Below are positions 41,532 to 54,142 of a DNA stretch of 64,000 bases, piece after piece (positions within the stretch are counted from its first letter, which is position 1; each line of letters begins with the position of its first letter). Both the position numbers and the translations under genes were made by a program. Source of the stretch: Octopus sinensis (Eukaryota). The stretch covers positions 8,432,001-8,496,000 of the forward strand of contig NC_043003.1 of NCBI RefSeq assembly GCF_006345805.1, in the 5' to 3' direction. The notes under the pieces are model-generated. The model was not told the origin of the DNA, did not search any database, and saw nothing but the letters and a program-made list of their open reading frames with translations.

Positions 41532-41611
41532 CATATATATTATACATATATATATATATATGTGTGTATATATAATATAATATATATTATCTATATATAT
41601 ATATATATAGA

Positions 41612-41651
<40 letters not shown>

Positions 41652-43975
41652 TCACCTCTCCAACAAGAGGCGACAACACCTTGGACCTGCTCTTCACCAC
41701 AACTCCTGAAGCGGTTATCAATTGCACTACGGAGGAACCTCTAGGTGACTCTGATCATGCTATGATCATCGCCAATCTGGCTCTTGCGGGCAACAAACAC
41801 CTGAACCATCTCCAATCTGCTTCCTTCGATTGGAAGAGAGCAGATTGGAACCTGTACCATACTGAACTACAGAACCCAAACTGGCGTGAATTCTACAACT
41901 CTAGAGATGTGAATACTATACTCCAGAGTATCCTGGACTCAATATGGGCAGCATGTGCAGCATCAGTGCCACGTAAACAAAAAAAGAAGAACCGCCCCAA
42001 AAGAGCAATTTGGGAAACTTCAGCGGTCCGACTTGCCAGGAAGGAACGTCGGACTGCTGAACAGGAATACAAGTTGCATAAATCAGACACCAACAGGAAG
42101 AAGCGGAATAAATCCTCCACCATCTCAAGCAAGTGACAAAAAATGCAGTGCTTGAATTTGAACAGTGCATAGCAGCCAATCCTGACAGCAAGGTTTTCTG
42201 GAAATATGTGCATTCAAAGCAGAGACCTCACTCTCCAGTGGGCCCTCTTCGCAACCCTCACACGAACCAGATCACTAACGACCCCAGGAATGCGCAGACT
42301 CATTGCCGAGTGCTATGCAAACATATTCACTGTCGAAAGTCAAAATGTACCATCTTCACCATCACTAACAGCAAACTCCATAACAACTATGGAATTTACA
42401 GCTGCAATGCTGCGACGTCACCTTCAAAATAAGCGCAACTATGCCTCCCCTGGTTTCGATGGAGTTACATACCTGCTTCTCAAACGTGGCAGGCACTTCC
42501 TTTTACACCAGCTTTCTATTTTCTTCCAGTACTGTCTCAACAATGGTGCTACTCCGGAGCAGTGGAAAACTGCCAGTGTCATTCCTCTGTTCAAAAAGGG
42601 TGACCGCACATCACCTGTCAACTATCGCCCAGTCAGTCTCACTAGCTGTATTGCAAAACTGATGGAATCGTGTGTCAGAGAAACACTCTGGAACTTCTGG
42701 AGCTCTCACAGTCTCATCCGACCCTCACAATATGGATTTGTCCTTAACTCCAGCTGCAGTGACCAGCTTGTCGAGTTCCTTGAGGACATTACTCAGATCA
42801 CTGACAGTGGCTCATGGGTGGATGTTGTCTACCTTGACTTTGCTAAGGCTTTCAACTCTGTGCCACACAAAAGGCTTATGGTGAAACTCTCTGCAATGGG
42901 TGTGGGGGATGGCCTTTTTAACTGGTTGAAATCCTCCATCCTCAGCCGAAAGGAGGTAGTCACAGTTCTAGGACAGCACTCTACACCATATGAGATGTCA
43001 TCGGGTGTACCACAGGGATCTGTCCTTGGTCCCCTCCTGTTTGTGACATACATTAATGACATAGATGCCAATTTAAAGAATGCCACAGTATTGAAATATG
43101 CAGACGACATCAAGCTGTATCTTGAAATCAAGAGGACTGATCCTGATGTCTACAACTCTTTCCTGCAATCAGACCTAGACACAATGCAGCAATGGATCAC
43201 AGAATGGCAACTGAAACTGGCTGTGGACAAGTGTACCACCATGCATTTTGGGAGATTAAACCCTGCGTCCACATACTCCCTCCACAACACTGATATCAAG
43301 AAATCCTCTTGCGAGCGTGACCTAGGCATCACTGTCAGCAGTGATTTGCGTTGGACAAAGCATATCTCTAAAATTGTCAAGAAGGCCGAGGGTGTCTTGG
43401 CATCAGTCAGCAAGACTTTTGTTAGCCGCCCTCCAGCCATCTATTTAAAACTGTATACAGCTATGGTACGACCACGCTTGGAATTCGCATCATCAGTTTG
43501 GAATCCCTATCTTGCTCAGAATATTGACCTCCTGGAATCTGTCCAGAGACGTGCAACCAAACGCATACCCTCCATCAGACACCTACCATATTCTGAGCGC
43601 CTTGTTTCCCTGGGCATGGATTCACTGAAGCTCCGGCGTCTGGCGACGGACTTGGTAAACACCCACAAGGTTATCAACCACCTCACCAACAACAACACTG
43701 AACACCTTTTTGATCTCCATGTGTCTAACACACGTGGACATGCCTACAAAGTCAGAAAACAACACAGCTCCATGACTTTCGGAAACATTTTTTCACGCTC
43801 AGGGTTGCTGAAGCGTGGAATAAACTGCCTGCGTCAGTTGTTGACTGCCATGACACTGCATCCTTTAAGGCCCTCATGCTTTCCGAAATCCGCCGACACT
43901 ACACCTGATTATATATACACTTTAGATGAGTTGTAGTGCACCTGAGCACTGTACACAATTATTATTATTATTATT
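41652..43975 (+). mobile_element. CR1/L2-group LINE, 5'-truncated, inserted in (TA)n; (ATT)n 3' tail
   Basis: APE C-terminus (NTLDLLFT, LGDSDH) then RT domain; a few frameshifts (~42130, ~42290, ~43770). Confidence 0.95.
42290..43770 (+). CDS. Reverse transcriptase domain of LINE ORF2 (within ORF 42206-43936)
   Basis: PLFKKG, NYRPVSLTS, QYGF, YLDFAKAF, SGVPQGSVLGP, YADD, ERDLG, RPRLEFAS.VWNP, LESVQRRATK. Confidence 0.9.
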
Positions 43976-43978
43976 ATA

Positions 43979-44022
<44 letters not shown>

Positions 44023-44029
<7 letters not shown>

Positions 44030-44968
44030 ATATAAAGGGCTTAGTAAAATAAATTACTTTGGCCGCATACGAACTCATTAGAATAGCAGCCAAAAAACTT
44101 TTTTAAAGCTATTTCTAATACTTAAAGAAAATCTCTCTCATATATAGTGTTTGCTTAATTCAACTCACAAAAGTTTGGGGGTAAGGACATCGAAAAATCA
44201 AATGCTAAGGTTATTCGAGTCGCCAACCGACTGGCCCGGACGCGACGGCGTGCCGCCGCCGGGCTCGCGCGGGCCGAGCCGACCGGGTCACCGCCGCCGC
44301 TCCGCAACCGACGCCGCAACCACGCCGCGACCGAACCCCCGCGAACGGGGGACGGCAGCCGGACGCGGCCGCAGCGCCGGACGCGAAGGAGAGCGGCGGC
44401 AACGGCAAGCCCGGGCCGCGCGCGTCGATTAGTGCTTTTCCGGTAGCGCGGCGGCGGCGCCGAAGCCGTCGTCGGTAGCTCCGCGCGCGGCCACGGGTTG
44501 CCGTTGCCGCCGCTTCCCTTCGCGTCCCGGCGCTGCGGCCGCGTCCGGCTGCCGTCCCCCGTTGCGGGGTTCGGTCGCGGCGTGGTTGCCGGCGTCGTTT
44601 GCGGAGCGGCGGCGGTGACCCGGTCGGCTCGGCCCGCGCGAGCCCGCGGCGGCACGCCGTCGCGTCCGGGCCAGTCGTTGGCGACTCGAATAACCTTAGC
44701 ATTTGATTTTTCGATGTCCTTACCCCCAAACTTTGTGAGTTGAATAAGCAAACACTATATATGAGAGAGATTTTCTTTAAGTATTAGAATAGCCTTTAAA
44801 AAAGTTTTTTGGTGCTATTTCTAATGAGTTCAGTATGCGGCAAAGTAATTTATTTACTAAGCCCTTTTATATAAGTAATAATTTGAATTCGCCTTGAATG
44901 GTCCCTTTGCATACTGAACACTTGGGTGAAATGATTAATAATTAATTAATTTGCCCTCAATTGTTGAA
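44023..44968. mobile_element. Large fold-back element: ~400-bp inverted arms (44023-44424 / 44482-44880), 57-nt loop, ~88-bp tail; inner half of arms ~82% GC
   Basis: Arms are reverse complements apart from scattered, mostly 1-nt differences; (TA)n on both sides. Confidence 0.9.
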
Positions 44969-45002
<34 letters not shown>

Positions 45003-45018
45003 ATATATACATATATAC

Positions 45019-45103
<85 letters not shown>

Positions 45104-45151
45104 ATATCTATATATATATATAATATATATATATATATAAATATACATGTA

Positions 45152-45993
45152 GTGGAGGAGGCACAAGGCCCAGTGGTTAGGGGGAGCGAACTCGCAGTTT
45201 CGATACCAAACCGGGCGTTGTGAGTGTTTATTGAGCGAAAACGCATAAAGCTCCACGAGGCTCCGGCAGAGGGTAGTGGCAAACCCGGTTGTAATCTTTC
45301 AGCACATCTTTCTCTCACACTGGCAGAATCGTTAGCTACGCCGAGCACAATACTTAGCGGGATTTCGTCTGCCGTTACGTTCTGAGTTCAAATTTCGCCG
45401 ACGTCCACTTTGCCTTTCATCCTTTTGGGGTCGATAAATTAAGTACCGGTTGCGTACTGGGGTCGATCTTATCGACTGTCCTCCTCCCCAAAAATTTCGG
45501 GCCTTGTTCCTAGAGTAGAAATGAATATTTCTAAAAAATTGGCCATATTTCGGCAGGTAGAAATACGTTTTTCTCATTAATGGCGCAGGAGTAGCTGTGT
45601 GGTAAATAGCTTGTTTACCAACCACATGATTCCGGGTTCAGTCCCACTGCGTGGCACCTTGGGCAAGTGTCTTCTACTATAGCCTCAGGCCGACCAAAGT
45701 CTTGTGAGTGGATTTGGTAGACGGAAACTGAAAGAAACCCGTCGCATATATGTATATACATGTATGTGCATATGTGTGTTTGTGTGTCTGTTTTTGCCTC
45801 CCCCACACTCCCAGCATCGATGCTGGTGTGTTTACGTCCCCGTTACTTAGCGGTTCGGCAAAAGGGACCGATAGAATAAGTACCAGGCTTCCAAAGAATA
45901 AGTTCTGGTGTCGATTTGTTCGACCAAAGGTGATGCTGCAGCATGGCCGCAGTCAAATGACTGAAACAAGAAAAGGAGTAAAAAAAAAAGAGT
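45152..45993 (+). mobile_element. SINE cluster: family C 5' part (45152-45318), family B (45319-45525), family A (45582-45993)
   Basis: Sequential matches to the three families. Confidence 0.85.
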
Positions 45994-46104
45994 AACGACG
46001 TAGAAGATGAATAGTACGAAGTCTTCATGAAACAGAATTCACAGTATTTGAATCGGTTCTTCAGTGGTCACATTGTAGCCGCTGTAGGGCTAGTGACCAC
46101 TTAC

Positions 46105-46308
46105 TCTCTCTCTTTTACTCTTTTACTTGTTTCAGTCATTTGACTGCGGCCATGCTGGAGCACCGCCTTTAGTCGAGCAAATCGACCCCAGAACTGATTC
46201 TTTGTAAGCCCAGTACTTATTCTATCGGTCTCTTTTGCCGAACCGCTAGGTGACGGGGACGTAAACACACCAGCATCGGTTGTCAAGCAATGCTAAGGGG
46301 ACAAACAT

Positions 46309-46349
<41 letters not shown>

Positions 46350-46520
46350 CATATATACGACGGGCTTCTTTCAGTTTCCGTCTACCAAATCCACTCACAA
46401 GGCTTTGGTCGGCCCGAGGCTATAGTAGAAGACACTTGCCCAAGATGCCTCGCAGTGGGCCTGAACCCGGAACCATGTGGTTGGTAAGCAAGCTACTTAC
46501 CACACAGCCACTCCTGCGCC
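46105..46520 (-). mobile_element. SINE family A, full length
   Basis: Full match. Confidence 0.9.
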
Positions 46521-47370
46521 TACATTTTGTCTACATTTTGATCATGAAAAATACTACTCAACGTGACTTAATGTTGTCAGTATGTCTTTGACTGAATGAA
46601 CTGCTCTGCTAGTATATAGACTTCCAATGATTGCTCTGTGAGCCCTTTAAAACCCCTTTGTATATTGTTAGTGTGATTCGACGAAAATTCGACGGGTATT
46701 TCTAACAAACAGCCGAACCACTACGTTCAGCCTCTTTACTTACTCGTCTAACCAGAGCGATCCGACTTCGTGACTCCGTCTTCAACTGCCTATAATCATG
46801 AAAATAAATTTCAATTTAGGAATAGAATCTTACGAAGCACTCATCAGAATGGCCACTTGGTTTTTATCACTGAAATACTTCGTTAAATAAAACTTAATTA
46901 TTGCTTGGAGCCATTGAGAAACATATTTGGTGATGCACACAGCACAAATCTGAAGATACAATGTTAGTCAATGAGTTTTCGATTCTTGTTCAACATCCTA
47001 TCGACCAAGCTGACTACAGTTCACGAATGTTTAAAATTGAGAATTATTAAAATGTCCTGGGGCACTACAACATTTAATTTCCTCTGAATTAACTACTGTG
47101 TCCGGGAACATTGTCATGAACAGCACTTTTCACTGAATTTGCATAGGCTTACATTTAACATCCGGCAAGATTAACTTTGAAGATTTCTTAGGTTATCAGA
47201 AAACTATTAATGTATTGAACAGTGGTCTAACCGGTTGAACAAACTCCTCTACATGGATTTTTCAATCCTTTCCACTGTTATCCGATTCAATACAAAAGAA
47301 CAAAACAGAAAATAAACTCTCAAACTATTTCTATAGTGAGATTTGATCAATATTATTGTTTTTAACTTGA

Positions 47371-47930
47371 GACGGTGAGCTGACAGAATCGTTAGCGCGC
47401 AGGGCGAAATGCGTATCCGTATTTCGTCTGCGGTTACGTTCTGAGTTCAAATTCCGCCGAGGTCGACTTTACCTTTCATCCTTTCGGGGTCGATAAATTA
47501 AGTATCAGTTACGCATTTGGGTCGATGTAATCGACTTAATCCCTTTGTCTATCCTTGTTTTTCTCCTCTGTGTTTAGCCCCTTGTGGGGCAAATTCCGCT
47601 GAGGTCGACTTTGCCTTTCATCCTTTTGGGGTTGATAAATTAAGTACCAGTTGCATATTGAGGTGGTTCTAATGTACTGGCACCCTCTCCAAAAATTTCG
47701 GACCTTGTGCCTAGTGTAGAAAAGAATATTTAAGACCCTTGGCAGCGAGCAGGCAGAATCTTTAGCACGCCTGTCTTTACGTTCTGAGTTCAAATTCCGC
47801 CGAGGTTGACTTTGCTTTTCATTTTTTCGGGGTCGATAAATTAAGTACCAGTTGCATACTGAGGTCGATCTAATCGAGTGGCCCCCTCTCCAAAAATTTC
47901 GGGCCTTGTACCTAGAGTAGAAAAGAAAAT
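47371..47930 (+). mobile_element. SINE family B composite (three cores, two tail types)
   Basis: Core repeated at ~47450, ~47590, ~47790. Confidence 0.85.
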
Positions 47931-49121
47931 GCAGGCGTGATGGTAATTGTCGACGATTGGCATGGTAGAATGAAAATATTTGCTGGCCACGAAGAGCTTT
48001 TGTATGAAGTGTCAGTAGAAGAGACAACCAATGACTGTTTTGAAACTTTGCGTATTTTACTTTTGTATCATTCCAGATTAAAGAGGAAGGTGCAAAAAAT
48101 CGAGTCTTTATGACATGCAATAATCTTGTCCTTTTGCAGGTAAAGTGGAAAAGATTATCACTTCCCATTAAAGTGTGATTTGTAGCTCTCTCGTCATAAA
48201 AGGTAAAGCATGTGTGATGCGTGATGTTTTAACGATGCATCCATCACACCTGTGCTGAAGGTTATATGGGAATACCAAATAGTATCAGTTGCAGATAAGT
48301 TAGTGAGGAGAATATAAGTGAACAGCGAAGCATGATGACAAAAGTAAGCTCATAGCTTCTGGTTCAATCCCACTGCACGGAACCTTGGGCAAGTGACTAC
48401 TGAATAATGCCCGGTTGAATAATGACTTGTGAGCGTATTTGATAGACGGAACATGTGAGGAAGTCCGTTGTATTCATATACATGTGTGTGGGTGTGTCCT
48501 TCACTAATGCTGGAATACCGGTGCTGGTTTGTTTATACTGAGGAGTCCGCGATATAACTTTACATATGTTAGCCAAAAAAATCGAGATGTACTGAGTGTG
48601 CGATAGGTGAACCGCGATGTACTGAGTACGCGATAGATGAACTACTGCGATATGGCGAGGGGTTACTTCACGCGCATACTTGTAACATAAACTAGTATTA
48701 CCAGCCTTGGACGAAATTATAATGGGGCAACGTTCTTTAACTCGCTCGATCCCTAATTCTTAGTTACGGCCATGTAAGGCATGCACACGATACTGCACTA
48801 GACTTCGTCTCTATTTTCATCCACTCACACCCTGAAATACTAACACTACTCCCCATTAACCTAACAACATTTGTTACATCTCTATATAACGTTGGAAACT
48901 CAATTAATATCTCACGGGCATAGAACGTTATGGAAATCTATACTAGGCATATATGCTGGACAGCTTTTGTCAAGCCAATCATGCATGAACGTAATACAAT
49001 AAGCTAATTACACACACAATGAGATACACACAAACATGTATAATCAACAATTAGGTAAATGCATATTAATCAATTTAATGTCATGAATGCACATTGCAAT
49101 GTTGGAGTGGGTTTAAATGTC

Positions 49122-49156
<35 letters not shown>

Positions 49157-49298
49157 TGTGTATGTTTGTGTGTGCATGTATATATACATACATACATATA
49201 TATATATATATATGTTTGTATGTAACTATCTATGTATATATATGTACATATATATATCTATATCTTTATATACATATATTTATATATATATATATATC

Positions 49299-49333
<35 letters not shown>

Positions 49334-50678
49334 TATATGTATGTATCTATGCATGAATATATATGTACATATCTATCTATCTATCTATCTATCTATATAT
49401 ATATATATATATTATATATATATATATCACAACGCCCTCCTCATCCTCCTCCGCATCATTATTTCCTGTCCGTTCTCCATGCTGGCATGAAATATGATGA
49501 CCCATCGAGATCTCATTGGTTGCTGTATAAATGTTAGAATATCCGCCACGCATTCATGTATTCGATTGCCATGAGATGAAAACTTGACATATTAGTCTAA
49601 TCTCAAACACAAACAGGAGGTATCTTTCGTATTTTTTCAGTATCATTTATGCAGAATATACATATATATGTATAAAACTTCATTGTTAATGGTGTGTTAG
49701 AGTTGATAATAAATGAATGTTGATATTTACATAGAATCGCTTAAACATCACGTATGGGCAACTACTTTAAGTAAATGATAGACTTAGGATGGTCTTAGAT
49801 AATATCAATAGCATTGTTTCCAAGCTTTCACTATTTCAATCTTTTATTTCGAAATCTCCTTCAGCTGAATACTTTTCCAAGAGGCAAAAATCACGTCAAC
49901 TGCTGCCATGGATGCTGAGGGATGAATTTTCTAAAATGGATTAGATGCTCTTTGAGATGTTAATATTAAGTTTCTTTAGGGAGCAAGCTAGCAATTTCGT
50001 TACTGCACCGGGCAAAATGTTTAGCGGCTTTTCGCCCGTTCTTAGGTTCTGAGTTGAAATTCTGCCGAGGTCGAATTTGCCCATTTATCTTTGTGGTGGA
50101 AATAAAAAAAAAAACCAGCCGAGCACAAGGGTCTATGGAATTGGCTTTGCCCATCCCCAGGAATTGCTTTTGAAATCTATTGGTAGTTATTAAGAATGTT
50201 TAACAAAATAAACCAAATGTATGACGACAGACTATTAAAAGTGCGCCTAAATATTGTGTCGATACATATGCTGAAGCGCATCCTCAAATAGAAATACATC
50301 AATATACAAACATACACACATACAAACATACACACACAGACGCATACACACACATACACACAACACACATACAACACTCACACAATACACATACAACACA
50401 CACAGCACACACACACAAAACACGCATACACACATAGACACACAGACGCATACACATACATACACATACACAACACACATACACAACACACACACAAAAA
50501 AACACGCACACACACATACACACGCATACATATACACAACACATACACACAAAACACACACATACACAACAAACAAACAACATACACACACAAGATACAC
50601 ACACATGGCCTTGCTTTTTGCTCATTGAGTCAAAAAATTAACTAGCTAACACACAACACACACACACAATACACGCGC

Positions 50679-50723
<45 letters not shown>

Positions 50724-51015
50724 GACACACACACGCACTGCACACACACACACACACACACATACACACAAATGCACTCAGACTCACATTCGCGTCGCAC
50801 AGCAATAGTTTGTCATAACTTCTAATTCTTAAACCTTGTTCCCTATTTCTATTTGACGTCGTTTTCAGATTTTTCTGTTTCGCCATCATTTTACATGTCT
50901 TAATCCGTTCCTCATCCTTCCAGAATTCCTCTTATTTCTTTCCTTCCTTTCTCAGTCTTATCTTTCAAGATCATTCTCTTCAGCAGGAAACCCATTTTCC
51001 TATCGCCAATGTTAT

Positions 51016-51978
51016 CTTCTTCAAAATGATTACAAATTACTTTAACTGCATCATCAAGGTCGTCATAACCACAATCATCGTCATCATCGTCGTCGTCGTC
51101 GTCGTCGTCATCATCATCATCTTAATCATCATCTCATCACCCTTATAATCCTCCTCCTCCTCTTCATCATCATCATCCTCGTCTTCATCATCATTATCAT
51201 CATCACCATCATCATAATCATCATCATCACCAACATAACCATCTTCATCACAATCATCGACATCATCACCATCATCATCATCATCATTATCCTCATCACC
51301 ATTATCCTCATCATCCTCATCATCCTTATAATCCTCAGCATCATCAGCAGCGTCATCATCACCATCATCATTATCATCATCCTCGTCTTCATCACCAGCA
51401 TCAGCTTTATCATCATCATCATCATCATCATCATCTTTATCATCATGATGGTATCATCCTTATAATCCTCCCCCTCCTCCTCCTCCTCATCATCAACCTT
51501 ATAATACTCAGCACCATCAGCAGCGTCATCATCATCATCAACCTTATCATCGTCCTCATCTTCATCCTCATCAGCATCATCGTCTTCATCTTCATCTTCA
51601 CCAGCATCATCATCATCATCGTCGTCGTCGTCATCATCATCAACTTTATCATCATGATCGTCATCATCCTTATAATCCTCGTCTTCATCATCATCATCAT
51701 CATCATCATCCTTATAATCCTCAGCCTCATCATCACCATCATCATTATTATCGTCCTCGTCTTCATCATCACCATCATCATCATCATCATCATCATAACC
51801 ATCACCACCACCACTACCACCATCATCATCATCATCATCATCACCCTCATCATCATCATCATCACCATCATCATCCCCAGCATCAGCAGCAGCGTCATCA
51901 TCAACATAGCAGCCAAATCTCTCTCCAATCAAAACCTGCCGCATTAGAAAAATAAACAAAGCTTCATCATCATCAACC

Positions 51979-52017
<39 letters not shown>

Positions 52018-52025
52018 CCACCACC

Positions 52026-52059
<34 letters not shown>

Positions 52060-53439
52060 TCATCGTCGTCATCTTCGTCTTTATCTTCATCTTTATCATC
52101 ATCATCATCACCATCATCACCATCCTCGTTATAGTCATCATTATCCTGATGACCAATCGTATTTGCCACCAAGACAAGATTAGTTCCGTTTGGAAAAGCG
52201 ATAAAGCAGGAGCTTATAATCCATGGTAAACATTGCACGTTGTTACCGTTATCTTTGTTTTTCTCGCTGGTAATGAATGGTTTCAAGTATGTTTGTGATG
52301 GGGGTGGGGTGGGGGTGAAGACATTCTATCACAGTATGGCGGAGATGAGGATGGTGATGGTCGTTACATTGCTCGTGTCGGTGATGGTGAGGGTGATGTT
52401 GGTGTTGGTGTCAGTGTTAGTGAGAGGGAGTTGATGGTATAGTTGTGGTGATATGTTGGCTGTGTTTGTAGTGGTGTTGATGGTGGTGGTGATGGTGATA
52501 TGTTGGCGGTGTTGGTGCTGGTGATGATGGTGGTGGTGGTAATGGTGGTGGGGGTGTCGGTAATGCTATAAGGTGATCGAAGGTGTCATAGTGGTGGTGT
52601 GGTGGGTGACGTTGGTGCTGATGTCAGTGTTAGTGAGATGGTGTTGATGGAATGGCTGTGGTGACGGGCGGCGAGCTGGCAGAAACGTCAGCACACCGGG
52701 CGAACTGCGTAGCCGTATTTCGTCTGCCGTTACGTTCTGAGTTCAAATTCAGCCGAGGTCGACTTTGCCTTCCCTCCTTTCGGGGTCGATTAAATAAGTA
52801 CCAGTTACGCACTGGGGTCGATATAATCGACTTAATCCGTTTGTCTGTCCTTGTTTGTCCCCTCTGTGTTTAGCCCCTGTGGGTAGTAAAGAAAGAGGTA
52901 TGGTTGTGGTGATATGTTGGCCTAGTTATGGTGGTGGTGGTTGTGGTGGTTGTGGTGGTATCGGTAGTAGTGTTATAAGGTGATCGAAGGTGCCACAGTG
53001 GTGATATGATAGGTGTATTGGTGTTGGTATGGTGATGGGGGCGTGTTGGTTGTAGTGTGACGGTGACGAGATAAGATGTTGTGATAAGGGATTTCAGCAC
53101 TGGCCATCCAATTATTTGAGAAATAACCTATCAAGTACTACCTTGTCTACTGTGTTTACTCTTCTAATGCGGCAGATTTTGATTGGAGAGAGATTTGGCT
53201 GCTATGTTGATGATGACGCTGCTGATGATGCTGGGGATTATAAAGATGATGATGATGAAGACGAGAGGAGGAGGAGGAGTATAAGGATGATGACTATGAT
53301 GATGATAAAGATGATGATACGGACGATGATGATGATGATGACGACGATGATGATCATAAAGATGATGATGATGACGATGATGGTGATTATGACGATGGTG
53401 GTGATGCAATTAAAGTAATTTGTAATCATTTTGAAGAAG
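51016..53439. repeat. Inverted duplication (51016-51948 vs 53162-53439) enclosing (CAT)n/(GAT)n/(GGT)n low-complexity sequence
   Basis: Unique anchors match in reverse complement at both ends. Confidence 0.85.
52667..52894 (+). mobile_element. SINE family B monomer
   Basis: Full match. Confidence 0.9.
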
Positions 53440-53772
53440 TTTATGAGGAAATATATTCACCTGACATTATCTTTTCTCTTTTACTTGCATTACTTATTGG
53501 ACTGCAGCCATGCTAGGACAACACATTGAACGGCTTAGAAATCGATCCCAGTACTTATCGCTTTTAAGGCCTGGTACTTTTTCTCTATCGGTCTCATTCG
53601 CCGAACTAGTAATTTTCGCGGAAGTAAAGAAACCAGCATCGGTTGTCAAACAGTAGTGGGAACAAACGCAAGCACACTAATAAAAGCTCTTACACACAGA
53701 CACATAGACACACAAACACACATACACATACAAACACACACACATATACACACATACAAACATATGAGTAAT

Positions 53773-54142
53773 CTAGCTGTTGGAACAGGCATTGCTCTTT
53801 TCCATGTTGAAATTAAGCCCACCTCTGACCTTGTATTGAAAAAGCATTTCCTTAGAGATTATTCTATAGATTTTGTTGAAATTTTACACTTGAAAAAATG
53901 CAAAAGCTGCAGAAAAATAACATAGTTATGGGAATTTCCATTCAAACGCCCGATTGAGCACACAAAAATCGATGCCCACTGAGCATTATCGAGTTGTCGA
54001 AAAATTCCGGCTTATTTACACTTCTGGGCATGTAATGTACCTATGTACCAAAAATCATTAAAATCGGTTGGACGGTGTGGGAGGAGTTAGAGTAACCCCA
54101 AACACATACACAGACACACCATTACACTTTTATGTATATAGA
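53773..54142 (-). mobile_element. Non-autonomous Helitron, diverged
   Basis: ctag end; typical 5' region 'aaaatcattaaaatcggttg...cttttatgtatataga'. Confidence 0.6.

Noticed and set aside
44151-44751. Four overlapping Arg/Ala/Gly-rich ORFs; possible bacterial gene, rDNA or CpG-island promoter
   Set aside because: Open only because stops are rare at high GC; mirror images across the palindrome; no recognisable motif; contiguous with AT-rich arms
46800-47300. Possible hAT-like transposase relic on minus strand (LFMTMFPD motif)
   Set aside because: Single short motif with many stops; not enough to call without a search
48580-48655. ~29-bp repeats (gatgtactgagt..gcgatag.tgaac) resembling a CRISPR array
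   Set aside because: Only two adjacent units, no spacers, eukaryotic context; more likely subterminal repeats of a pogo/Tigger-like MITE
51129-52286. 385-aa Asp-rich ORF with repeated DYKDDDD (FLAG-tag-like, or acidic shell-protein-like)
   Set aside because: Translation of a (GAT)n-based minisatellite; the frame drifts to poly-Met, no exact DYKDDDDK, no vector context
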